In this document: in pieces, positions 9,229 through 17,613 of the stretch
Position numbering within the stretch: the first letter of the stretch is position 1
Layout: every line of letters starts with the position of its first letter
IMG/VR virus record: IMGVR_UViG_3300034104_005687
Location: 285,370-349,369 of that record
Direction: 5' to 3' (one strand)
Length of the DNA: 64,000 nt
Notes under the pieces: generated by a model
Told to the model about the DNA's origin: nothing
What the model saw: only the letters and a program-made list of their open reading frames with translations
The model's database searches: none
Translations under genes and position numbers: made by a program

Positions 9229-9491
9229 GAGCCAGCGAGTTCATTGGCACCGTTGCCAAACGTAATGCTCGCGTAGGCTCCAGACATCAACGTGGGCACA
9301 CTCCGCTGCCCAGATATCGTTACAGCAATGATCAAAAATTGGATGAACTCAGTTTCCTGGGTTCTGAATGCACCAAGGACTGTTCAGGACATCGTGCTGG
9401 CTACGACTGGTACAAGAAACGTGGCTATGAACCAGCCAGCTGGAGCAACAGCTTCAACCGTGGTGCTGCCTTGGCTGCTGCTGGCAAATAA
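9225..9491 (+). CDS. Small basic protein, N-terminus MRASEF, with CTKDCSGHRAGY module
   Basis: ATGA overlap; shared N-terminal motif. Confidence 0.7.
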   Translation: MRASEFIGTVAKRNARVGSRHQRGHTPLPRYRYSNDQKLDELSFLGSECTKDCSGHRAGYDWYKKRGYEPASWSNSFNRGAALAAAGK

Positions 9492-9524
9492 CAACTCACA
9501 ATCACAGCTAGCATACATACGTGC

Positions 9525-10364
9525 ATGATTGATATTTGCACTGTTGTATTCCAACAAGAAATTCCTGTGCTGAAATTACAGGCTCAAAGCATAGATTTGT
9601 ACTGCCACGACATTGGCGTAAACTGCATTTATGTTGTGGTCAACGATCACGACTCAGTTGTGCAACTGATTGATCCTGCATGGTGGGGCAGTATGAGCCA
9701 TTTGGTTCGAGTCATACCCAGATCTGTGTTTTCAACTGACTTTGTGGACAATGGATGGGTCAGTCAGCAAGTACTCAAACTACTGGTGCCCGCCATGAGC
9801 TACAATCAGTGTACCATGGTATTGGATGCCAAAACTGTATTTGTTCAACCTGTGACATTGTCACAACTGTTTGATTCCACAGGCAAGATTGCCACAGGAA
9901 CCCTGGAGCTGTATCCAGTGTTTGATGCTGCTAGACAAATTGTCAATGCCACATACAACATTGACCTACAGCATCAAATTGGACCCGGCGGCGTGCCGTT
10001 TGTGTTCAACAACAACACAGTGAGAATGATGATTGCAGATACCACTGCACTGACTCAGCAGAACTTCCCTGAATGGTTTCAATCGCAAGGCATGCTCACA
10101 GAGTTTGTGCTGTATTCTGGTTATGTGCAATACCGACATGGTTCATTGACCAGTTTGTACACTACAGATCAACCATCAATACGGCCGGTAAACATGTGTC
10201 ACAGTGAGGTTGCATTAGCGGATCGTATACTAGATCATATGCAGCAGGCCACCACAGTGAGCATACACCGAAACGCCTGGCCGCAGCTCACTGTGAGTCA
10301 GCAACAACAGTATCGTGATTTGCTGATCGACAAAGGAATTACTCAAGCATGGGCACTAAAATAA
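9525..10364 (+). CDS. Glycosyltransferase-like protein (DUF6492-like)
   Basis: GWVSQQVLKL, VLDAK, TEFVLY; paralog of 12729-13745. Confidence 0.6.
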   Translation: MIDICTVVFQQEIPVLKLQAQSIDLYCHDIGVNCIYVVVNDHDSVVQLIDPAWWGSMSHLVRVIPRSVFSTDFVDNGWVSQQVLKLLVPAMSYNQCTMVLDAKTVFVQPVTLSQLFDSTGKIATGTLELYPVFDAARQIVNATYNIDLQHQIGPGGVPFVFNNNTVRMMIADTTALTQQNFPEWFQSQGMLTEFVLYSGYVQYRHGSLTSLYTTDQPSIRPVNMCHSEVALADRILDHMQQATTVSIHRNAWPQLTVSQQQQYRDLLIDKGITQAWALK

Positions 10365-10873
10365 ACGCACTGTGCATGGTTGCACACCCTGATGACTGTG
10401 TGATTTTTGCCTATAGTTATATTCACAATCATCCAGAAATGAATTGGACCATTGGATACCTGACCTATACTGAACAAGACCCACGAGGTGCAGAGCTTGC
10501 TGCTTTTTGGCGCCGCCGAGGTATTGATACTGTGTTCTTGGGATTTGAAGATCATTGGCACGACAATGAACAAAAACAATTCACTAGATGGACAGAGGAA
10601 CGTGCCGAACGAGCCTGTTGGGAGTTGGCAAAGAATTTTGATCTGGTGTTGACACATGATGAATTTGGCGACTACGGACACATACATCATGTGTTGGTAC
10701 ACAATTCAGTGCAATGGCATCCGCGTCTGGTCACATTTGCGCCACCAGGCCAAGGTACCACATACACTGTGCCTGCAGGTACATACAACCTCAATGAGTT
10801 GCCCATGCACGGTGAAATTGTGCAAGGCTTTCATCACAGTGAACACCGCAACAGTTACAAGGAAACAAAATGA
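10349..10873 (+). CDS. PIG-L/LmbE-family deacetylase
   Basis: VAHPDD and THDEFGDYGHIHH motifs. Confidence 0.8.
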   Translation: MGTKINALCMVAHPDDCVIFAYSYIHNHPEMNWTIGYLTYTEQDPRGAELAAFWRRRGIDTVFLGFEDHWHDNEQKQFTRWTEERAERACWELAKNFDLVLTHDEFGDYGHIHHVLVHNSVQWHPRLVTFAPPGQGTTYTVPAGTYNLNELPMHGEIVQGFHHSEHRNSYKETK

Positions 10874-11682
10874 AATTAATGGTAGCAGGATGTAGTTATT
10901 CAGCAGTGAGTCAGCGCATGCCTGGCACCAGCTGGAGTGAGTTGCTGGCTCAACAACTAGGCTGGGACCTGACGAATCTAGCACGACAGGGTTGCAGCAA
11001 CGGGGGCATACGTGTGCAGATTGATGAAATACTGAGGCAACGTCCTGACTTTGCTGTGATCACTCCCACGTTCTGGGACAGAATGGAAATACCAGCTTCG
11101 GCAGCACCATTTGATTGGAAAAAAAGCACAGGTGGATGGAATCCAGAAATACAGCGTCACTTGCAAGATCGCACATTAAAAAATGGCTATAATCGTGACG
11201 ATGGCATCAACAACGTCAACTACGGCAACAACAACTACAACATGATCTGCGAGACTATCTACACCTTAGCAGAAAACTTTGATCATCCTTATCGTTCAGG
11301 GCTGATCAGCAAAACATCTCAGACTGCTGTACGACACTACATAGATGGTATATATGATTCAGAATGGAAACGGCAACAAGACGAATGGATTGTTAAGTCG
11401 GGCATTTTTGAACTGCATCATGCTGGCATTGACTTTTTGTTTGTGCCTGTGTTGTTGTGGCCCTTTGATCCTGCGTTGGGGGCAACTCAATGGCGCAAAT
11501 CAATCAGTACTGCTGTGCCTGACCGCAACGTGATGTTTGACGAACGAGAATCAATATTGCCGTTGTGTGGCAACAATCCGTTTGAAGGAGAAGATCCTGG
11601 TTACCATTCGGGTGCCCGGGGCCAACAACTCATTGCTGACAACTACTATCGCAGAATCACACAAGATTTTGGATTAGCGTAA
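10870..11682 (+). CDS. SGNH-hydrolase-like protein
   Basis: AGCSYS, NLARQGCSN, C-terminal DPGYH. Confidence 0.55.
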   Translation: MKLMVAGCSYSAVSQRMPGTSWSELLAQQLGWDLTNLARQGCSNGGIRVQIDEILRQRPDFAVITPTFWDRMEIPASAAPFDWKKSTGGWNPEIQRHLQDRTLKNGYNRDDGINNVNYGNNNYNMICETIYTLAENFDHPYRSGLISKTSQTAVRHYIDGIYDSEWKRQQDEWIVKSGIFELHHAGIDFLFVPVLLWPFDPALGATQWRKSISTAVPDRNVMFDERESILPLCGNNPFEGEDPGYHSGARGQQLIADNYYRRITQDFGLA

Positions 11683-12732
11683 ATGTGGCTCAATCATGCG
11701 CTGCATTTCGGAGTATTTTTCTTGACGAAACTCATATAGCCTGTGATGATTGTGGTCCAGGATGGATCGAGCTTGCAGTAGTATTTTCTGATGGTCTTGT
11801 TGACTCAACCATTTTACTTGCTCAAATGCAGCTTGCCAACGATCAATGTCACGTTCAATGCTGTCATAGCTTTCGTCCAGTATGGAATCAAAAGTCTTGA
11901 ATCCAAAGGATCGAAGTTTTTTCAACCAGTGTGCTACGCCAAAGTGCACAAACAGTCTACGAGCATGTAGGCATTTGCCAATCTTTTCTGCCATGAGATA
12001 GCAGTCTCCAGATCCCAGTGTTTCTACCAAGATGCTGTAGTATGTGCGATTGTATATTTCCCAGGGTTCGATGCTGCTGATAGAGTTGTCAAGATGTTCT
12101 CTTACCTCCCATGCAGGATCTAGATTTGGACTCACATAAGGCCACACAATTTTTTGATCAGGAAATTGTTGTTGTACTTTGTCAGTGGTTTCGGTGATGT
12201 TGCCACCTACAAAAATGTCTCGGTAGGTAGCAATACTGTGATTCAGCAGTCCTGATTTTTCAAGACTCAGCATCACATAGTCTCGATGTTCTCTGCGTGT
12301 GCCACACAAACAGTCAAACAAATAAGGACGTGACAGTGGAAAATCATCACGTGGTGGGTTCCACTGTAGGAAAGTAAAACTCCACCATGGACGATACACT
12401 GTACGATGAGTCAAAGTTTCAGAAGCATACAGTCCTGCTACACTCAACAGCCAGTTGTTGGCATCGGTGGTATCAATCCAGTTGATCAACTCTGTCTGCG
12501 ATCTAAACTCAATATCAGTAAACAACACCAGGTCAAACTGACTCAATTGTAGATTTTCAAATTCTGGTTTGTAAGAAAATTCTGTGGGTCGATTAAAGTA
12601 CACTGGCAATACTGCAATCTTGGTAGGCTGTGCCAGTGCAGTGGCTAGATCCACTATCTGTGGATAATCAAAACCCCAATCTATGGCTTGGTAGCCCGGG
12701 CTATAAATTTTGAGTTGCGAGAAATCTGTCAT
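11674..12732 (-). CDS. Putative GT-B-like phage protein (ET..EK..GF.TF..DESYD family)
   Basis: Motif shared with 27532, 39352 and 42995 ORFs. Confidence 0.6.
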   Translation of the reverse strand: MTDFSQLKIYSPGYQAIDWGFDYPQIVDLATALAQPTKIAVLPVYFNRPTEFSYKPEFENLQLSQFDLVLFTDIEFRSQTELINWIDTTDANNWLLSVAGLYASETLTHRTVYRPWWSFTFLQWNPPRDDFPLSRPYLFDCLCGTRREHRDYVMLSLEKSGLLNHSIATYRDIFVGGNITETTDKVQQQFPDQKIVWPYVSPNLDPAWEVREHLDNSISSIEPWEIYNRTYYSILVETLGSGDCYLMAEKIGKCLHARRLFVHFGVAHWLKKLRSFGFKTFDSILDESYDSIERDIDRWQAAFEQVKWLSQQDHQKILLQARSILDHNHHRLYEFRQEKYSEMQRMIEPHLR

Positions 12733-13745
12733 GGTTTCCAGGCCTTGTAAGTGTTACCAAACTTTTGAGTTAGGTGTTGGTCGTCTGCAGCACTGCGTCC
12801 TAACCAATGTTGATCAGGCTGTCCAGGGCATATTTCTTCCATAATTGAAGTCTTGATCACACCCGTAGCTTCAGAAAGCCTTTGCCGTATCTGATCCATC
12901 CACTGATCAAAGTTCTCAATTTCTTTTTTATCCCAATCAAATCGCACACTGCGGTTAAGATCGGGCACAGCATCACAGATTGCTGTGTGATAGTCAGGAT
13001 CAAACCCGCCAATCTTGGTCATATCATCATACATGTACCTGTGCTGTGGCTCTGTAGAGATCTCTCTGCGACTCATGGTCCAGTTGCCCAGTAATTCGTA
13101 CTCAGACAACCAGCGTATGAGTTCACCTTTGCCCCAGGGTGGCACAGTGGCTTCTCCTGGACAGTTGTCCACAATGGCGTCTAACCATTTGATGTGATGA
13201 CGTTGTTCCAGGAACAGTCGTAGATCAGTGATGTCTTGTTTGAGTACAGGCACATATTCAGAAATAAAGCAGTGAGGTGTTTGTCTTTCAATTCCCAAAG
13301 CGTTTTTGATAGTTTCGTAGTAACCCCAGCTGTGTCGTTGATTTTCCAGTACCATGTAATTCAACTTGCCGTTCTTGAACGGTTCATAATCGCGAATCAA
13401 GATACAGTCAGGGTCGTTCATGACCATGAGATCATAATCTAGGTAATCCAAAAAAGCCATCTTGATGGCCTGTTGTCGCAGCCACCAACCCCGATAGTCA
13501 TCTTCAAACACCCAGTTGTTGACTTCGGGATACAGTCTGTAGATTTCTGAGTCGGGCGCATAATCAAAGTTAGTGGTATCAATGCCGTATTTTTCAAATA
13601 CGGGCCATAGTTCTTCTTTGGGCACAGGACTGGCAATACAGGTTCTGTCTACACCAATCAGGTGCCGGCTAAACTCTGATTGCAACGCCATCACAGCGTG
13701 CGGCACACGATAACGTGCAAGGTATACAATTTTTGCTGATGTCAT
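12729..13745 (-). CDS. Glycosyltransferase-like protein (DUF6492-like)
   Basis: GWWLRQQAIK, DPD, SEYELLG. Confidence 0.6.
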   Translation of the reverse strand: MTSAKIVYLARYRVPHAVMALQSEFSRHLIGVDRTCIASPVPKEELWPVFEKYGIDTTNFDYAPDSEIYRLYPEVNNWVFEDDYRGWWLRQQAIKMAFLDYLDYDLMVMNDPDCILIRDYEPFKNGKLNYMVLENQRHSWGYYETIKNALGIERQTPHCFISEYVPVLKQDITDLRLFLEQRHHIKWLDAIVDNCPGEATVPPWGKGELIRWLSEYELLGNWTMSRREISTEPQHRYMYDDMTKIGGFDPDYHTAICDAVPDLNRSVRFDWDKKEIENFDQWMDQIRQRLSEATGVIKTSIMEEICPGQPDQHWLGRSAADDQHLTQKFGNTYKAWKP

Positions 13746-14341
13746 AATATTTCTTTGAATTGATCACGATGCCACAACGACATGTTGTTGGCATCACAGT
13801 CTGTGACCTGATCCAGCGGGACAGGAAAGTTCCAGGGTGGCAACTGCCAGTTGACACCAGATGATGGAAAATGTTCTGCAGAGTATTCAATATCAACGTT
13901 TTGACCAATGTATGTTTGGTGTGTGATAAGAATCCAAGGAACACTGCTGTTGTACCAGTTGAGCCATAATTGACGACAATCATGATTGTTGAGATGTATA
14001 GCAACATCTCTCACAAACAGCAAATCAACTTTGGGTATGGGATCTGTGGTCACATCGTGTAACACAACATCAAGCTCAGGATGGCGATGCCAAGCATCTG
14101 CAACCATGGCCAAACTGATATCGCCCCCTTGGTACTGCACAAACTGTCCCACTCTCTTCATCCAATTGCAGTCGTTACACCCAGCATCAAAAATACTGGA
14201 TATATTATGTTTCTTAAAAAGTTCAATAATGTTGTCACGTAAGCGTTGTGTACCGGGCACACTACTGGCCCCTGTTAAATTGCCAGCAGTATGAGTTGGT
14301 GAATACAACTTTGAAAATATTTTTTGTAAGGTTAGATTCAT
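13742..14341 (-). CDS. Class I SAM-dependent methyltransferase
   Basis: IFDAGCND, GGDIS, DLLFVRDVAIHL. Confidence 0.75.
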   Translation of the reverse strand: MNLTLQKIFSKLYSPTHTAGNLTGASSVPGTQRLRDNIIELFKKHNISSIFDAGCNDCNWMKRVGQFVQYQGGDISLAMVADAWHRHPELDVVLHDVTTDPIPKVDLLFVRDVAIHLNNHDCRQLWLNWYNSSVPWILITHQTYIGQNVDIEYSAEHFPSSGVNWQLPPWNFPVPLDQVTDCDANNMSLWHRDQFKEIL

Positions 14342-15390
14342 ATCTTGTTGCAGGTTTTAACGCACTGGTATGTTCTACCTTGTGCTATGCTATTTAATTG
14401 CCATGTTTGTTCCACACGATCAAACCATTCAAGACATTGAGTCAATGGATATTCCAGTGCGTTGTTTTGATGTATCAGCGTGGCCAGTTCTTGATTACCA
14501 GGATGATTCATTTGTCCCGGATAGAATCCCAAAAAGCAACAAGGGTACACAGATCCGTTGGCGGCCACATAGATTTCTCGGTTGCGTTTGTGAATACACT
14601 GTATGTCAAGATCGGGCGTGTCCTTGGCTTCTTTGACAGTTTTGGAATCGTACCAAGTAACATGATTTTCTAACAAGGGTTTGATATCTCTAGGAGTCCC
14701 GTTGAATCCAGGATCGTTACCAATTTGATGACTAAACTCTCCAGTGCGTGTAAATGCAGGGCCGTTGTCTCTGCCGTCGTATATGTTTTCAAACTTGGCA
14801 AACCCAAGCTGTTGTGCCATGTTTCTACAGGCCTGTTCTTGATGACGATTATGTTCAAATGGAACAAATCTCCATACTGCACGACCGCCTGCTTGGATAA
14901 AGGCAGAGGCATGTTCAATGATTCTATGCCAGTCAGTGTCTTGACGATATAAAGAATGAGTATCTGCTAGTCCGTCAATTGCCCAACCAATTTCTACTCC
15001 TGACATAGCCAATCGAGCCCACCATTCAGAGTTGCGCACACTGCCATTGGTATTGATTGCCACAGGCACGCCGTGGTCAACTAGATACTTGACTATTTCT
15101 GCGCCGTCTCGCGCTGATCCAAAATCCCCAAGATTACCGTTGAAAGAAAATCCGTGCGAGAATCCATATGACACAGGAACACGCCCGTTGACAGGAGGAT
15201 CAGGCTGCATGATACTGGCCAATATTTCAGGAGTAAAAATTTGTTGAAATTGAACTAAGTTGAGTTCACACACAGGATAACCTGAATTAAAATCCATGCC
15301 TCTATAGTTGCGCATGCACATAGGACAACGAGCATTGCATCTTGTGGTTAACTCAACGTGGACTCTACGTATCTGATTTAGTTTTAACAT
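14338..15390 (-). CDS. Radical SAM protein with SPASM/twitch domain
   Basis: CNARCPMC, NTNG, GSVYPCC. Confidence 0.9.
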   Translation of the reverse strand: MLKLNQIRRVHVELTTRCNARCPMCMRNYRGMDFNSGYPVCELNLVQFQQIFTPEILASIMQPDPPVNGRVPVSYGFSHGFSFNGNLGDFGSARDGAEIVKYLVDHGVPVAINTNGSVRNSEWWARLAMSGVEIGWAIDGLADTHSLYRQDTDWHRIIEHASAFIQAGGRAVWRFVPFEHNRHQEQACRNMAQQLGFAKFENIYDGRDNGPAFTRTGEFSHQIGNDPGFNGTPRDIKPLLENHVTWYDSKTVKEAKDTPDLDIQCIHKRNREIYVAANGSVYPCCFLGFYPGQMNHPGNQELATLIHQNNALEYPLTQCLEWFDRVEQTWQLNSIAQGRTYQCVKTCNKI

Positions 15391-15397
15391 TGTAGAA

Positions 15398-15425
15398 TAT
15401 TTATAGGCGTAGTTTTTGATAAATA
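15398..15425. promoter_or_regulatory. Divergent late promoters (TATAAATA minus, TAAATA plus)
   Basis: tatttata 15398-15405 and taaata 15420-15425 between divergent ATGs. Confidence 0.65.
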
Positions 15426-15430
15426 TTCTT

Positions 15431-15727
15431 ATGAAAAGTCAGTTTGTCAAATTGGTGTTCGATGTATACTGTCGTTGGAGTGACACTCCTCCACGATATC
15501 GTTGCTATGTTGAAGACGAGTTGTTTGCTGAACGAACATGGACATGGCAAGGTGTTCATCTTGAAGAAGCATTTCAGATACAGGCACCGCCGGGTCGATA
15601 CAAAATAAGATATGAGTTGTTGGATACTGAAAAAGCAGAACTGCGTCTGCGCAACGGCAGAGTAGAAGTGGGATCAGCTGTGTTGCACAAAGGTGATGTG
15701 TTGGAGATAATCAATGAAAATGCGTGA
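15431..15727 (+). CDS. Hypothetical protein
   Basis: ATG 5 nt after TAAATA. Confidence 0.7.
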   Translation: MKSQFVKLVFDVYCRWSDTPPRYRCYVEDELFAERTWTWQGVHLEEAFQIQAPPGRYKIRYELLDTEKAELRLRNGRVEVGSAVLHKGDVLEIINENA

Positions 15728-15911
15728 AATTATGGAAACGGCCAGTGGTGGTGCCAGTGCAGGTGTTACATCAGCTGGCAGTATGGCTCCGGCTATAGGC
15801 AACATGGGCATGTTGTCAAGAACAGGCTCAGGCCTACTGACAGGTAAATATACATCAGAGCCGACGCCTAACACGCCGGCCAAATACAAAAGGAAAAAAC
15901 GTGCTAGTTGA
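15714..15911 (+). CDS. Small protein with targeting-like N-terminus MKMREIME
   Basis: GGAG RBS; Gly/Ala-rich with basic tail. Confidence 0.65.
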   Translation: MKMREIMETASGGASAGVTSAGSMAPAIGNMGMLSRTGSGLLTGKYTSEPTPNTPAKYKRKKRAS

Positions 15912-16344
15912 TGATTTAAAAACACTGTTGGCCACCCAATATGCTTATGTGCTCAAGGCACAGTTGTTTCATTGGAACGTTGAAGGCCCAGACTTTGCCC
16001 AACTACACAAATTTTTTGGCAAGATATACGAAGAAGTGTACGAAAATTCTATAGATCAAACCGCAGAATTTATTCGCATACTTGACGACTACACCCCAGG
16101 CAGCTTTGAACGTTTTGCTGAACTCAGTTTGATTCCTGGTCAAACCAAAATCCCGCGTGCTCGACTCATGATTGAAGAACTGTTCAATGACTCAGAGCAA
16201 TTGATTGCATTGTTGAATCAGTGTTTTGATGTGTCTGAAGCCGAAGATCAACAAGGCATTTGTGATTTCCTTGCTGGTCGTATTGATGCCATGGGCAAGC
16301 ACCGTTGGATGCTGAGAAGTTTCTTGAAAGACCAACGAGCATGA
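15901..16344 (+). CDS. dps: Dps/ferritin-like protein
   Basis: HWNVEGPDFAQLHKFF, D..AE.IR, K..WML. Confidence 0.9.
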   Translation: MLVDDLKTLLATQYAYVLKAQLFHWNVEGPDFAQLHKFFGKIYEEVYENSIDQTAEFIRILDDYTPGSFERFAELSLIPGQTKIPRARLMIEELFNDSEQLIALLNQCFDVSEAEDQQGICDFLAGRIDAMGKHRWMLRSFLKDQRA

Positions 16345-17090
16345 CCGTAGATATTCGCACCATATTGCAACGCATTACAGCCATTGAAGAAGGTGCAACC
16401 ACACCAGCTGTGGTCAAGCACGGGCTAAATCCTCAACAGAAGTCAGTGCCGCAGTTGCCTGCATTGTTCAAGCCTAGATCTATCAAAGCATTGGGTGCAA
16501 AGACTGATCCGCAGCATCCCATGAAAGGGTATGCTGTGGGTGCAGATGAAAGTGCAGAGTCCAAGAAGTCTGCCTTGGAAGAAGCCATGGCCCAGGTAGA
16601 AGAAGACATGCTGAGCAAAGTCAAAGCTGATCTCAACAGCTACCTAGACAGATTAGAAAACAAATTGGCCGGTGATGATGGCCAGCGCGACAAAGGCACA
16701 CCTGACTTGGATCGTCTAGAAAAGAAAACTCGCATCGACCGAGACCTAATAGACAAGGCTGTGAATGCTATTGAAAAAGGCCAGGCTGAAAGCGACCAAG
16801 CAGTTGCAGAAGATCCCACACAACAAGACTCTATGTCTGCGGCGCCACCTGTGCCTGTTGAAGATCCTGTGTTGCCTGAATCAGCAGGTCCTGTGTTCAC
16901 AGTGGAAATGAGTGACGGATCATGTTTAGAATGTTGGGGCGACGAAGGACGCGGTTTTGAAGTACGCAGACAAGGTCGTTCTATGCCTAGTCGTTTCCCC
17001 AAAGTTGATCATGCTAAGATGGCCATGGACCTGTTTAGGAATCAGTGGGAACGACAAGACCGTGGGCAGGATTACATAGAGGAACACTGA
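16341..17090 (+). CDS. Hypothetical acidic protein, possibly head-internal
   Basis: ATGA overlap; several hydrophobic-x-E junctions. Confidence 0.7.
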   Translation: MTVDIRTILQRITAIEEGATTPAVVKHGLNPQQKSVPQLPALFKPRSIKALGAKTDPQHPMKGYAVGADESAESKKSALEEAMAQVEEDMLSKVKADLNSYLDRLENKLAGDDGQRDKGTPDLDRLEKKTRIDRDLIDKAVNAIEKGQAESDQAVAEDPTQQDSMSAAPPVPVEDPVLPESAGPVFTVEMSDGSCLECWGDEGRGFEVRRQGRSMPSRFPKVDHAKMAMDLFRNQWERQDRGQDYIEEH

Positions 17091-17127
17091 AATACTGCCG
17101 ATGAAATATCAGTAGCAAACAAGAACA

Positions 17128-17210
17128 CCCTTAGGACCGCACTTGTTGCGAGGGCGCCCGGCTGCTGGGCGTGGTAATCCGATTCGCTACCGGAACCCAC
17201 TAAGTGAGCA
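17128..17210 (+). ncRNA. Putative structured RNA with pseudoknot
   Basis: Three stacked hairpins; loop TTCGCT complementary to downstream AGTGAG. Confidence 0.4.
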
Positions 17211-17228
17211 AATACCCTCAACAGAGGC

Positions 17229-17257
17229 TTGACTTCGGCCGCTGTTTCATTTATACT
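17229..17257 (+). promoter_or_regulatory. Sigma70-type promoter
   Basis: TTGACT-17-TATACT. Confidence 0.75.
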
Positions 17258-17280
17258 AGTGTTTTAAACAGGAGTATTGT

Positions 17281-17541
17281 ATGGAACAAAAAACATTCAA
17301 CGGTGAACAAAAGATCAAACTGATTCAAATCATCAACGAAGGTATGCAGGTCACTCAAGAAATTGAAACTCTAACCGGCGGCCTCAATGACACCATCAAG
17401 GCTGTGGCCGAAGAACTGGAAATCAAACCAGGTGTACTGAAAAAAGCCATCAAGCTGGCACACAAGGCCGAATTTGGCAAAGCCAAACAAGACCACGAAC
17501 TGCTGGAAACAATTTTAGAAACTGTTGGCAAGACCTTATAA
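17281..17541 (+). CDS. T4 DsbA/GapR-like dsDNA-binding protein
   Basis: 86-aa helical protein with IK.VAEELEIKP.VLKKAIKL pattern; AGGAG RBS. Confidence 0.6.
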   Translation: MEQKTFNGEQKIKLIQIINEGMQVTQEIETLTGGLNDTIKAVAEELEIKPGVLKKAIKLAHKAEFGKAKQDHELLETILETVGKTL

Positions 17542-17613
17542 ATATCTGTTTCAACAGCGAGTCGCTACCGTAAGCAGCATGAATCACGGCCTTCCGGCCA
17601 TAAACGGAGAACA

